64,000 bases of DNA, from IMG/VR virus record IMGVR_UViG_3300028384_001046, positions 46,916-110,915 of that record; one strand, written 5' to 3'. The notes under the pieces are model-generated. The model saw only the letters and a program-made list of their open reading frames with translations. It made no database searches and was not told the DNA's origin. The translations under genes were made by a program, and so were the position numbers. The stretch is from a virus. Every line of letters begins with the position of its first letter. The stretch's first letter is position 1. Below, piece after piece: positions 37,763 through 47,267 of this stretch.

Positions 37763-38035
37763 ATGTTCATTCTATCACTCTCGGGACATGAAGGAGAAGG
37801 TGCTTATTCGTTGGAAGATGACGAAGGCATTAAACAACTTTACATGTTTGAGGAAGAGGATGATGCTGAAAGATATGCAGGACTTTTAGAAGCCGATGAT
37901 TATCATAAATTATCCGTTGTTGAAATTGATGAAGAACTTGCCATCGAAGCTTGCAACAGGTATAATTATAAGTACATAATCGTGACACCCGAAGATATAG
38001 TATTCCCTCCGTATGATAGTATTTCAGAAGATTAG
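37763..38035 (+). CDS. Hypothetical protein (DUF3110-like)
   Basis: 'EGAYS...L.MFEEEDDAERYAGLLEA.D'. Confidence 0.55.
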   Translation: MFILSLSGHEGEGAYSLEDDEGIKQLYMFEEEDDAERYAGLLEADDYHKLSVVEIDEELAIEACNRYNYKYIIVTPEDIVFPPYDSISED

Positions 38036-39728
38036 GTGGAAAAACTTTCTTTCTACAGGAAATAACTTCAATGATATTGATTTTAGAAAGTCTCCAACAA
38101 CACTTATTGTTGGATCGAATGGTGCTGGAAAATCTACAATTTTAGACGCTCTTACTTTTGTCTTATACAATAAGCCGTTTAGGAAAGTAAACAAGAGTCA
38201 ACTAGTAAACAGTGTTAACGAAAAAGATTGCATTGTTGAAATTGAATTTGATATCAATGATAGATCTTATAAAGTTATTAGGGGCATCAAACCTAATGTG
38301 TTTGAGATTCACTGTAATGGAGAATTATGGAACCAGGACGCATCTGCTCTTGACCAACAAAAACATTTAGAAGATAATATTTTAAAGTTAAACTATAAGT
38401 CTTTCACTCAAACAGTTATTCTTGGTTCAGCTACTTTTGTTCCATTTATGCAACTCAGTTCTTCTCACAGGAGAGATATTGTTGAGGATCTTTTGGACAT
38501 TAAGATTTTTTCTGGCATGGGAAAAATTCTTGCTGATAGAATGAGACAGATAAAACAAGATATTCGAGATCTGTCACTTCAAAAAGATTTGGTGGAAGAA
38601 AAAATTTCCATGCAAAAAAACTTTATTAAAGACCTAGATGAGAGAGGTAAGGTTAATATTGAGAATAAGAAGTCTAAAATTGAAGCGTTGTCAAAAGATA
38701 TTGACAACTTGATGGGGGATAACCGTACACTCAATGAAAATATTAGAGATGTGTATCAACCACAACTTCAAGAACTGAGTGACCCCACAAAATCTCTCAG
38801 GAGGATGAATGGAGTCAAAGCAAAACTGGAACAAAAGATACAAAACATAACCAAAGAACATAAGTTTTTCAAGGATAATTCGGTTTGTCCCACCTGTGGA
38901 CAGGATATTGAGGAACAGTTTCGTGTAAATAAAGTAGGAGAGATTGAAGATCAAGTACAAGAAATTAATACGGCATACAAAGCACTCAAGAAAACTATCT
39001 CTGAAGAACAGGATAGGGAGAAAGAGTTTGCTCAGCTCTCTAAGTTGATCTCTGACAAAACGCATGACATCTCTACTAACAATACTAAAATCTCTGAATA
39101 TCAAAAACAAACCAGAAGTTTGGAATCTGAAATTCAAGAGATTGCCTCGCAAATTGCAAACAGAAATTCTGAGAGAGATGCCCTTAAAAAGTTAGAAAAG
39201 GAACTTAAGTCGGTAGAGAAGAACAAGTCCGAACAGACAGAAAGTGTTTCCTATCTAGATTTTGCTCATTCCCTTATGAAGGATAACGGAGTTAAATCTA
39301 AGATCATTAAAAGATATCTCCCAGTGATGAATAAGCAGATCAATATGTATCTGCAACAAATGGATTTCTATATCAACTTTACATTGGATGAGGAATTTAA
39401 GGAGAATGTCAAGTCTCCTATTCATGAGAACTTTAGTTATGATTCCTTTTCCGAAGGCGAAAAAATGAGAATTGATCTTGCTCTTCTGTTTACTTGGAGA
39501 GATATTGCCAAGATGAAGAATTCATCATCTACAAATCTTCTTATCTTGGATGAGATCTTTGATAGTTCTTTGGATGGAACTGGAACAGACGAGTTTACAA
39601 AGATTGTGAGATATGCTATTAAAGATGCAAATGTGTTTGTCATTTCACATAATACTCAGGATCTTCAAGACAGATTTGATAGTATGATTACCTTTAGTAA
39701 GATAAACGGATTCTCAAAAGTCAGTTGA
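38013..39728 (+). CDS. gp46: Recombination endonuclease subunit gp46 (Rad50/SbcC-like)
   Basis: 'G.NGAGKST', Zn hook 'CPTCGQ', 'SFSEGEK.RIDLAL', 'ILDEIFD'. Confidence 0.96.
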   Translation: MIVFQKIRWKNFLSTGNNFNDIDFRKSPTTLIVGSNGAGKSTILDALTFVLYNKPFRKVNKSQLVNSVNEKDCIVEIEFDINDRSYKVIRGIKPNVFEIHCNGELWNQDASALDQQKHLEDNILKLNYKSFTQTVILGSATFVPFMQLSSSHRRDIVEDLLDIKIFSGMGKILADRMRQIKQDIRDLSLQKDLVEEKISMQKNFIKDLDERGKVNIENKKSKIEALSKDIDNLMGDNRTLNENIRDVYQPQLQELSDPTKSLRRMNGVKAKLEQKIQNITKEHKFFKDNSVCPTCGQDIEEQFRVNKVGEIEDQVQEINTAYKALKKTISEEQDREKEFAQLSKLISDKTHDISTNNTKISEYQKQTRSLESEIQEIASQIANRNSERDALKKLEKELKSVEKNKSEQTESVSYLDFAHSLMKDNGVKSKIIKRYLPVMNKQINMYLQQMDFYINFTLDEEFKENVKSPIHENFSYDSFSEGEKMRIDLALLFTWRDIAKMKNSSSTNLLILDEIFDSSLDGTGTDEFTKIVRYAIKDANVFVISHNTQDLQDRFDSMITFSKINGFSKVS

Positions 39729-39797
39729 AGAACTGTCCATGGGGGCATGGACCATGCCTTGGTATGATGTATAGTATATGCATACGAGACAACTTCC

Positions 39798-41963
39798 ATG
39801 GTCAACTACGAAGTCAAGGGACAACTTGCAAAGCTTCTTGCAACTGAAGATCTCATCATTGAGAACAGGACAGTCTCTACTGCATCCTTTGATGTTCGTA
39901 GGAGAGTTCTTACTCTTCCGTTGTGGGAACGTGCTTCTACGACCGTATATGATCTTCTTGTGGGTCATGAAGTAGGACACGCTTTATATACACCAGATAC
40001 TAATTGGAAACTGAAATATCCTGATCTTCCTGGCAGTTTTGTCAATGTTTTGGAAGACTCTAGGGTAGAGAGACTGATCAAGAGGAAGTTTCCTGGGATG
40101 ACCAAAACTTTTTATCGTGGATATTATCATCTCTCTGACCAAGATTTCTTTGGGATTGATGATGAAGATGTTGACTCCATGTCTTTCATGGATCGCATCA
40201 ATCTTTATATCAAAATCGGTAACTTTATTGATATAAACTTCACTGAAAATGAAAAGAGCCTTGTCTCAGAAGTTGAGCGCACTGAAACATTTGAAGAAGT
40301 TCTAGAACTTTCTTTCAAAATCTTTAAATATTTGAAAGAAATGGAAGTAAAATCTCCTCCTCAAGTTGAGACTCCTGCTGGTAATAAACAGGGTGATGTA
40401 GAGGACACACCTTCCCCCCAAAGTTCTCCTGAAGGTTCTAATGATAAAGATGATAAATCTGATTCTGAATCGGAATCTGATAATGACTTTAGCGAGTTTA
40501 CTAATGAGATCCCAGAAGAACCTAGGGGTGGTTCTGAGTTTGATACAGTTACTGATAAGAACTTCGATGATGCCGTCGAAGAATTGAATAGTGACTATCC
40601 ATCTCGTCGCGATATTAATTACTTGGAGACCCCAGAAGTTAAAATTGACAATGTAATTGCAAAAAATTCTGAGATTCATGAGACTCTGAATAATTTTTAT
40701 GAAATTACTTTTCAAATGAGAAAAAATGAGTATGGGGTAGAAGTTGCTAATGAAATCTTTTCTGGAGTAGATAATGAGTACCTACTCTTCAAAAAACAAT
40801 CACAGAAAGAAGTCAACTACCTCGTCAAAGAATTTGAGTGCCGTAAAGCCGCAGACTCTTATGCTCGTGCTGCTGTTAGTAGGACTGGAGTTCTTGATAC
40901 AGGGAAGTTACATACTTATCGATACAATGAAGACCTGTTCAAAAAAGTAACAACTATTGCTGACGGCAAGAATCATGGTCTAGTGTTTGTTCTAGACTGG
41001 TCTGGATCTATGTCCGATGTCCTTATGGATACAGTGAAGCAACTATATAACCTGATTTGGTTTTGTAAAAAAGTCAACATTCCTTATGAGGTATATGCTT
41101 TCACCAATCATTGGGCTTCTTGGAAACGTGATAATGATGGACATTATCAAGATCCTGAAGATCATGTGGATGAGAAAATTGAAAATCAATTCCATATTTC
41201 TCCCGACTTTCACATGATGAATGTTCTCTCTAGTAAAGTTCGATCTTCTGATTTTGAGAATCAGATGAAAAACTTCTATCGACTTGCGTATAGTGCTGAT
41301 TCCAGGGGATATCGATGGGGTGGTGCTAGTTATCAAATTCCTGCACAACTTTCTCTTTCTGGAACTCCTTTGCATGAAGCTCTGATCTCCTTAAATGCAA
41401 TTCTCCCGCAGTTCAAAAAATTTACGGGGGTGGATAAAATGCATACTATTATCCTTACCGATGGTGAAGCTCCTCCTTTGAAATATCACCGAATGATTTC
41501 TTATAATGAACGGAAACCTTTCTGGGGATTGCGTCAGGTTTATATGGAGGATTTTATCCGAGACCGCAAAACTGGAAACTCATTTAGGATTGATCATCCT
41601 TATCATGGTCTTACTACTGCTCTTTTAAATCAGCTGCGAGTTCGATTTCCTCAAACCAGCTTTATTGGTATGCGACTTCTTTCTCCTAGAGATGCAAGTG
41701 CTTTTATCCGCCGATTTATTACAAATTGTGGAGAGTCGGAAAAACTGATTGCTCAATACAAGAAAGATAGGTCTTTCTCTATGGTTGATGTTGGTTATCA
41801 AACATACTTTGGTCTTTCTTCATCTGCCCTCAATTCTGACTCTTCTTTTGAAGTAAATGAAGACGCTACGAAAGCTCAGATTAAATCCGCTTTCAAAAAA
41901 TCTTTGTCTGCTAAAAAGATGAATAAAAAAATTCTTGGAGAGTTTATTTCTCTGATTGCCTAA
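39798..41963 (+). CDS. Metallopeptidase-motif plus VWA-domain protein (CobT-like partner of the AAA ATPase)
   Basis: HEVGH motif, 'NVLEDSRVE', MIDAS 'LDWSGSM', 'SGTPL', 'ILTDGE'. Confidence 0.8.
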   Translation: MVNYEVKGQLAKLLATEDLIIENRTVSTASFDVRRRVLTLPLWERASTTVYDLLVGHEVGHALYTPDTNWKLKYPDLPGSFVNVLEDSRVERLIKRKFPGMTKTFYRGYYHLSDQDFFGIDDEDVDSMSFMDRINLYIKIGNFIDINFTENEKSLVSEVERTETFEEVLELSFKIFKYLKEMEVKSPPQVETPAGNKQGDVEDTPSPQSSPEGSNDKDDKSDSESESDNDFSEFTNEIPEEPRGGSEFDTVTDKNFDDAVEELNSDYPSRRDINYLETPEVKIDNVIAKNSEIHETLNNFYEITFQMRKNEYGVEVANEIFSGVDNEYLLFKKQSQKEVNYLVKEFECRKAADSYARAAVSRTGVLDTGKLHTYRYNEDLFKKVTTIADGKNHGLVFVLDWSGSMSDVLMDTVKQLYNLIWFCKKVNIPYEVYAFTNHWASWKRDNDGHYQDPEDHVDEKIENQFHISPDFHMMNVLSSKVRSSDFENQMKNFYRLAYSADSRGYRWGGASYQIPAQLSLSGTPLHEALISLNAILPQFKKFTGVDKMHTIILTDGEAPPLKYHRMISYNERKPFWGLRQVYMEDFIRDRKTGNSFRIDHPYHGLTTALLNQLRVRFPQTSFIGMRLLSPRDASAFIRRFITNCGESEKLIAQYKKDRSFSMVDVGYQTYFGLSSSALNSDSSFEVNEDATKAQIKSAFKKSLSAKKMNKKILGEFISLIA

Positions 41964-42045
41964 AACCAGTCAGGAAACTGGCACAAAATCCCAAGACACA
42001 CTGGGTTTTTCTCAGTATATTGTATACATACCAATGAGGTTTCAA

Positions 42046-43137
42046 ATGACCGCCCGCGTGAACTCCGATTCTCTGATTAACTCTCTTCGTGATCTTTATG
42101 GAGAGACTATTACGTCTGCTGACGTTCGTGGCTATTGTGCATCCAATGGTGTTTCTTATCCTACCGTCACTAAGTATCTTGATAGTTACAAGTCTGGTCG
42201 TGGTAAGTGGAATCTGACAGTTCAGGAAGCTCGGCAACAACTTGAAACAGCAGCTTCTGCACCTGCGTTCATTCCTCCTGTCGAACAAAATCTTATCCCA
42301 CAGAAAGATGATACTTTCGTCAAGTTTGGTAATTTCACTGATATTAAAAAAATTATTAAGTCCAATCTATTCTATCCGACGTTCATTACTGGTCTTTCTG
42401 GTAACGGCAAGACGTTCTCTATCGAACAAGCGTGTGCTCAACTCGGACGGGAACTCATCCGTGTAAACATTACTATCGAGACAGATGAAGATGATCTCAT
42501 TGGTGGATTCCGTCTCGTCAATGGTGAAACCGTTTGGCACAATGGTCCAGTCATCGAAGCCCTGGAGCGCGGTGCGATTCTACTGCTTGACGAGATTGAC
42601 CTGGCTTCCAACAAGATTCTTTGCCTTCAATCAATTCTCGAAGGAAAAGGTGTCTTCCTAAAGAAAATCGGTAAGTTTGTTCGACCTACTGCAGGTTTCA
42701 ATGTCATCGCCACGGCCAACACCAAGGGCAAGGGATCTGATGATGGACGATTCATTGGAACTAATGTGCTCAACGAAGCATTCCTAGAGCGTTTCCCTGT
42801 CACCTTTGAGCAGGAGTATCCAACTCCGTCAACTGAACAAAAGATTCTTGAAGGTATTGCTCTGGATCTTGGCGTAGAAGATCGTGACTTCTGCAAACGT
42901 CTTGTGGACTGGGCAGATATTATTCGTAAGACCTTTTATGACGGTGGTGTTGAGGAAATTATCTCTACTCGTCGTCTCGTCCACATTATCCGTGCTTATA
43001 ACATCTTTGGTGATAAAGCGAAAGCAATTCAAGTTTGCTTGAATCGTTTCGATGATGAGACGAAGCAAGCATTCATGGATCTCTACGATAAAGTAGATAC
43101 CGAAGTTGATTTTGGAGAAGGAGAAGAAAATGAATGA
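42046..43137 (+). CDS. cobS: CobS/MoxR-like AAA+ ATPase (T4 gp61.1-like)
   Basis: 'GLSGNGKT', 'LLLDEID', 'ATANTKGKG', 'NEAFLERF', 'ISTRRL'; start chosen after the GAGGT RBS. Confidence 0.88.
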   Translation: MTARVNSDSLINSLRDLYGETITSADVRGYCASNGVSYPTVTKYLDSYKSGRGKWNLTVQEARQQLETAASAPAFIPPVEQNLIPQKDDTFVKFGNFTDIKKIIKSNLFYPTFITGLSGNGKTFSIEQACAQLGRELIRVNITIETDEDDLIGGFRLVNGETVWHNGPVIEALERGAILLLDEIDLASNKILCLQSILEGKGVFLKKIGKFVRPTAGFNVIATANTKGKGSDDGRFIGTNVLNEAFLERFPVTFEQEYPTPSTEQKILEGIALDLGVEDRDFCKRLVDWADIIRKTFYDGGVEEIISTRRLVHIIRAYNIFGDKAKAIQVCLNRFDDETKQAFMDLYDKVDTEVDFGEGEENE

Positions 43138-43765
43138 TTTGTGGTTGAATTGGAAAATCGCAGTTTTTGAAACATTTCCTGAACTGTATCACCATTCGAC
43201 TTGGGCTAATTGGGAGGGAAAAGGAACCTCCCTCTTAGCCAAACTTTACGGAACACCTAAAGATAGGTACATCAATAAGTCTAGGGAGGTTGAGATCTGG
43301 GACGATAAATCCTGCATCTACAACAACATCATCTATCCTAGGACAGGTGAAAATCTCCCTTGCTTTGGTATGGACCTTATGGGGTTCTTTGAAAAGAAAG
43401 TCATTATTGTATTTGACTTTCAACATCCAGTAGAGAATTACTTGTTCTCTCATCCTGATCTGCCAAAGGCGGAAGGAAATTACAGGTTCTTTGAACCTGG
43501 AAATCACTTCTCAGAAAACATTTACGTTGCTAAATGTACTATGTCTGAAGTGGATGAACACCTGGAAATGTTCAAGAAATACTTGACTGTTTACAAAGAA
43601 ATGTTAGAATGTAAGAAACCTAGCGGGTTTTCAATGTATTCTACATACGGAGATTTCGACAAATATATGAGGAGACTTGATCCCGTTGGTGGATATCTTT
43701 CTAGTAAATTTGGAGAAGAAAAAGCAGAATCATTGGTAAACGATTTCCTTTTCTGTTATGGTTAA
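43130..43765 (+). CDS. pebS: Phycoerythrobilin synthase (ferredoxin-dependent bilin reductase)
   Basis: 'LPCFGMDLM.F..KKVIIVFDFQHP', 'YRFFE.GNHFS.NI', 'FD.YM..LDPV.GY...KFG', 'VNDFLF' match cyanophage PebS. Confidence 0.9.
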   Translation: MNDLWLNWKIAVFETFPELYHHSTWANWEGKGTSLLAKLYGTPKDRYINKSREVEIWDDKSCIYNNIIYPRTGENLPCFGMDLMGFFEKKVIIVFDFQHPVENYLFSHPDLPKAEGNYRFFEPGNHFSENIYVAKCTMSEVDEHLEMFKKYLTVYKEMLECKKPSGFSMYSTYGDFDKYMRRLDPVGGYLSSKFGEEKAESLVNDFLFCYG

Positions 43766-44588
43766 CTCCTGGTCTTTACTTTATGATGAACTTATGAGCC
43801 AAGAACATTCTAAGTATTGGTACGATTATGATCGCAATGATCCTGATCGTAAAAATCCTTTTGCAAAAGAGGATGATGGACGTGATGAAGATGGTCGATA
43901 TCCTGCCGATCATCCAAGTCAAGAATTTTGGTATGAAGATGGTATTAGTCTGACTGGAAATCCTGCGCCTTCGGCACAAGATACAATCAATTTAGACTTT
44001 GGCACATCCGACCAAGGTATTGTAAACTTCGGTGCAGCACAACCAGTTCCTATGGACGGTATTTTTGGTGGTGCTGGAACCGATATTCTTAATTTTGATA
44101 TGAACTCATCTGATATGGATTTCATCAGTGCTAATGGAGGGTTTGAATACACTCCACTTTCTGGTGAAGTTTCTGCACGAACTGATGATTGGGTTTACGA
44201 ATCTCCCGATGGAGGTAAAACTGTAACTCGTCGTCGTCCTGGTGCTGACTATACAACTAAAGAAGTAATTAAAACAGAGGAAAAATCCCCTCATTTCTGG
44301 CAGTACGAAGAAGATAAAACTCTTAAGGAGGTTCGTGAATATATTTCGGGAACCTATCATTCCCACTATACATCCAAAGAGTCTAAGACGCAGACTCTCG
44401 ATTTGATTGAAAGTATCGGTGATGCAGAAGCATTCACTCGATCTAACGCTATCAAATATCTGTCACGGTTTGGTAAGAAGGATGGCAAATCCAAACTTGA
44501 CATCCTAAAAGCCATCCACTATTGTATTCTTCTCTACCATTTCGCTGGACTTCATAATGCAAACAAAAACCCCTTTGAAACTTTCTGA
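43758..44588 (+). CDS. Hypothetical protein with a C-terminal DUF3310-like domain and long N-terminal extension
   Basis: 'HY...QTLDLI.SIG....F.RSNAIKYLSRFGKK.G....DILKAIHY'. Confidence 0.6.
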   Translation: MVNSWSLLYDELMSQEHSKYWYDYDRNDPDRKNPFAKEDDGRDEDGRYPADHPSQEFWYEDGISLTGNPAPSAQDTINLDFGTSDQGIVNFGAAQPVPMDGIFGGAGTDILNFDMNSSDMDFISANGGFEYTPLSGEVSARTDDWVYESPDGGKTVTRRRPGADYTTKEVIKTEEKSPHFWQYEEDKTLKEVREYISGTYHSHYTSKESKTQTLDLIESIGDAEAFTRSNAIKYLSRFGKKDGKSKLDILKAIHYCILLYHFAGLHNANKNPFETF

Positions 44589-45243
44589 TCGTACTGTTAA
44601 TCTTCTTCGTAACTTCTCGTCGATTAATCAGTCGATTCTGTTCAAAGAAGGTAACAAACTTCGCACCATCAGTGTGATGAAGAACATCCTTGCAGAAGCA
44701 AACATTGATGAAGAACTTCCACAAGACTTTGGTATCTATGACCTTGGTCAGTTTCTCAATTCCCTGAATCTTTTTCAGGAACCTGAACTGAACTTCGATG
44801 GATCCAGCTATGTCACTCTTAAAGAGGGACGACAGAAATCTAAGTATTTCTTTGCTGATCCTAGTGTTATTGTATCTCCTCCCGACAAGTCTATCGAACT
44901 GCCTACAGTTGATGTTGATTTTATTCTGAAGAGTTCTCAACTTGATCGTCTTCTTAAGGCTGCTGCAGTCTACCACCTCACAGACCTTTCTGTGATCGGT
45001 GAAGACGGTGAGATCAAACTGATGGTACATGACCGTAAGAACGACACGTCTAACGACTTCTCTATCGTTGTAGGCGAGACTAGCAAGAACTTTGGTCTCC
45101 ACTTCAAAGTTGAGAATATTAAAATTGTCCCTGGTTCTTACGAAGTTTCTATTTCTAAAAAACTTCTTTCTCAGTTTAAATCCTCTGAGTATGATTTGAC
45201 TTACTTTATTGCTCTTGAGCCTGATCTTACCTGGGAAGAATAA
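44557..45243 (+). CDS. gp45: Sliding clamp gp45
   Basis: 'LS..T..LL.NFSSINQSI', 'FGIYDL..FL', 'YFIALE.D'. Confidence 0.95.
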   Translation: MQTKTPLKLSDRTVNLLRNFSSINQSILFKEGNKLRTISVMKNILAEANIDEELPQDFGIYDLGQFLNSLNLFQEPELNFDGSSYVTLKEGRQKSKYFFADPSVIVSPPDKSIELPTVDVDFILKSSQLDRLLKAAAVYHLTDLSVIGEDGEIKLMVHDRKNDTSNDFSIVVGETSKNFGLHFKVENIKIVPGSYEVSISKKLLSQFKSSEYDLTYFIALEPDLTWEE

Positions 45244-45246
45244 ACA

Positions 45247-45275
45247 TTGACGATATTCTGCCCTATGGTTATCAT
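45247..45275 (+). promoter_or_regulatory. Sigma70-type promoter with an inverted repeat over the -10 box
   Basis: TTGACG-17 nt-TATCAT; inverted repeat tgccctatg/catagggca at 45259-45281. Confidence 0.6.
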
Positions 45276-45295
45276 AGGGCATATCCAACATTATC

Positions 45296-45823
45296 ATGAA
45301 TATTTTTGTAACAGATCAATGTCCAAAAAATTCAGCGACAGTTCTTCCTGATAAACATATTGTTAAAATGCCACTTGAATCCTGTCAGATGATTTCTATC
45401 ATCTACAGCAAGTGGTATTTAAATTGGGGAGAAGTTTATCGCAAGGATGGTCAACCATATAATACAAAAAAAGGTGCCTTTCGCAATCACCCATGCACTA
45501 AGTGGGCTGCAAAGAATCATTACAATCTTGCTTGGTTGATTCAACATGGATGTGCATTGACTACCGAGTATCTCCATAGGTATGGAAAAATTCATACATG
45601 TGCAAAAACTTTGTTTGAAGCCAAAAAAATGTTTCATCGTCTAGTTGGTGAGACAATTACATGTTATAATATGGCTGATAATTTTGTTCGTGCAATGCCA
45701 GATGAGTTTAAACTTGACACAAGCATCGACACTTTTACTGCTTACAAAATGTATATCTCATCCAAACCTTGGGTTGCATCTAATTATCTTCGTGACGAAT
45801 CCCGTAAACCAAATTGGATATGA
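45296..45823 (+). CDS. Pyrimidine-dimer DNA glycosylase (DenV-like) family protein
   Basis: 'MNIF....P..SA..LPDKHIVKMPLE..QM', 'NHPCT.W', 'EY..RYGK.H'. Confidence 0.7.
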   Translation: MNIFVTDQCPKNSATVLPDKHIVKMPLESCQMISIIYSKWYLNWGEVYRKDGQPYNTKKGAFRNHPCTKWAAKNHYNLAWLIQHGCALTTEYLHRYGKIHTCAKTLFEAKKMFHRLVGETITCYNMADNFVRAMPDEFKLDTSIDTFTAYKMYISSKPWVASNYLRDESRKPNWI

Positions 45824-45826
45824 TCT

Positions 45827-46045
45827 ATGAATGACCAGTATATGATTAACGATGGCGAATCCAAACAAGACAAGTGGAACAGAGGACTTGATCTTTTCAT
45901 TGAGTCTGTTTTGAAACCTGATCATGCTCTCCGTCAGTGTGCTCATAATCAGAAGTGTTATCACGAATTGATGGATGTGCGACAAGATGTATTGGACTAC
46001 TTGAATACTTTGCGATGGCACCAGGATACTTTCATGGTAAAATGA
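45827..46045 (+). CDS. Hypothetical protein
   Basis: 72-aa ORF filling the gap on the coding strand; 'LRQCAHNQKCYHEL'. Confidence 0.6.
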   Translation: MNDQYMINDGESKQDKWNRGLDLFIESVLKPDHALRQCAHNQKCYHELMDVRQDVLDYLNTLRWHQDTFMVK

Positions 46046-46089
46046 ACATTGGTGCCGTTTGGCACAATTTGCATAACTTTAACTAAATT

Positions 46090-47040
46090 ATGAACAACCA
46101 GGATTTTCTTTGGGTTGAGAAATATCGCCCAAAGACTATTGAAGATTGTATCCTTCCCGAGGATACGAAAAAAACTTTCAAGTCATTCCTGGAGAAAGGT
46201 GAGATTCCAAATTTACTTCTCGCTGGACCTCCTGGCATTGGAAAGACTACTATTGCAAAGGCACTATGTCACGAACTTGGAGTAGATTATTATGTCATCA
46301 ACGGATCCGATGAAGGACGATTTCTGGATACAGTACGGAACCAGGCCAAGAATTTCGCTGCGACCGTATCACTATCGGCATCTGACGCAAAGCACAAAGT
46401 CATCATTATTGACGAAGCTGACAACACAACCCACGACGTACAGCTCCTCCTACGGGCAAATATTGAGGCGTTTTATAAAAACTGCCGATTCATCTTTACT
46501 TGCAACTATCGAAACCGAATTGTTGAACCAATACAATCTCGGTGTTCTGTCATCGAGTTCGGAATTACAGGAAAAAACAAACCTGCAATCGCCTCAAAGT
46601 TCTTCAAACGACTCCAAACCATCCTGGATAAGGAGAATATTAAGGCGGATCCAAAGGTCCTTGCCGAACTGATTAACAAACACTTCCCTGATTGGAGACG
46701 TGTTCTGAACGAATGTCAGAGACATGCATCCTCGGGAGAAATTGACTCATCAATCCTTGCTAATTTTTCCGATGTCAATATTCAAGACCTTATCAAGGCC
46801 CTTAAGGATAAGAAGTTTCCCGAGGTCCGTAAATGGGTCGTTAATAATCTGGACAATGATCCTGGTGTACTTCTTCGTCGTCTTTACGATGCTCTTTTTG
46901 AAACCCTTGACGGTCCTAGCGTTGCTGCTGCTGTGCTCATTATTGCTAAATATCAGTATCAGATCGCGTTCGTAGCGGATCAAGAAATTAACTTACTTGC
47001 TGCTATGACCGAAATTATGGTGGAGTGCGAGTTCAAATGA
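46090..47040 (+). CDS. gp44: Clamp loader large subunit gp44
   Basis: 'LWVEKYRP', 'GPPGIGKTT', 'IIDEAD', 'SRC'. Confidence 0.96.
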   Translation: MNNQDFLWVEKYRPKTIEDCILPEDTKKTFKSFLEKGEIPNLLLAGPPGIGKTTIAKALCHELGVDYYVINGSDEGRFLDTVRNQAKNFAATVSLSASDAKHKVIIIDEADNTTHDVQLLLRANIEAFYKNCRFIFTCNYRNRIVEPIQSRCSVIEFGITGKNKPAIASKFFKRLQTILDKENIKADPKVLAELINKHFPDWRRVLNECQRHASSGEIDSSILANFSDVNIQDLIKALKDKKFPEVRKWVVNNLDNDPGVLLRRLYDALFETLDGPSVAAAVLIIAKYQYQIAFVADQEINLLAAMTEIMVECEFK

Positions 47041-47267
47041 AAAAGAAGATTGATAAATTAATTGACAAGTCTCTTAGATTTCATCATCGTGATATTCATC
47101 AAGAGATTAATGGCATGAAACTCAGTGCTCAAATTAAATCTAAGTGGTATTATATTTTCTGGGGAATTGCTACAGTTTCTGTAGTCTCAGGACAGTTATA
47201 TGTTGGGAGTGGATATAGAATTATGTCTGACTCCATGAAGGAGTTAATTGAACATGCAGCTAAGTGA
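47037..47267 (+). CDS. Small hypothetical membrane protein
   Basis: ATGA overlap with the gp44 stop; 'WYYIFWGIATVSVVSGQLYVG' TM segment. Confidence 0.55.
   Translation: MKKKIDKLIDKSLRFHHRDIHQEINGMKLSAQIKSKWYYIFWGIATVSVVSGQLYVGSGYRIMSDSMKELIEHAAK

Noticed and set aside
42046-43137. Cobalamin biosynthesis inferred from 'cobS'
   Set aside because: There are no other cob genes in the window; the protein is a generic MoxR-type AAA+ ATPase common in T4-like phages.
44452-45297. 281-aa minus-strand ORF antisense to gp45
   Set aside because: It fully overlaps a confident core gene and has no motif or expression signals.
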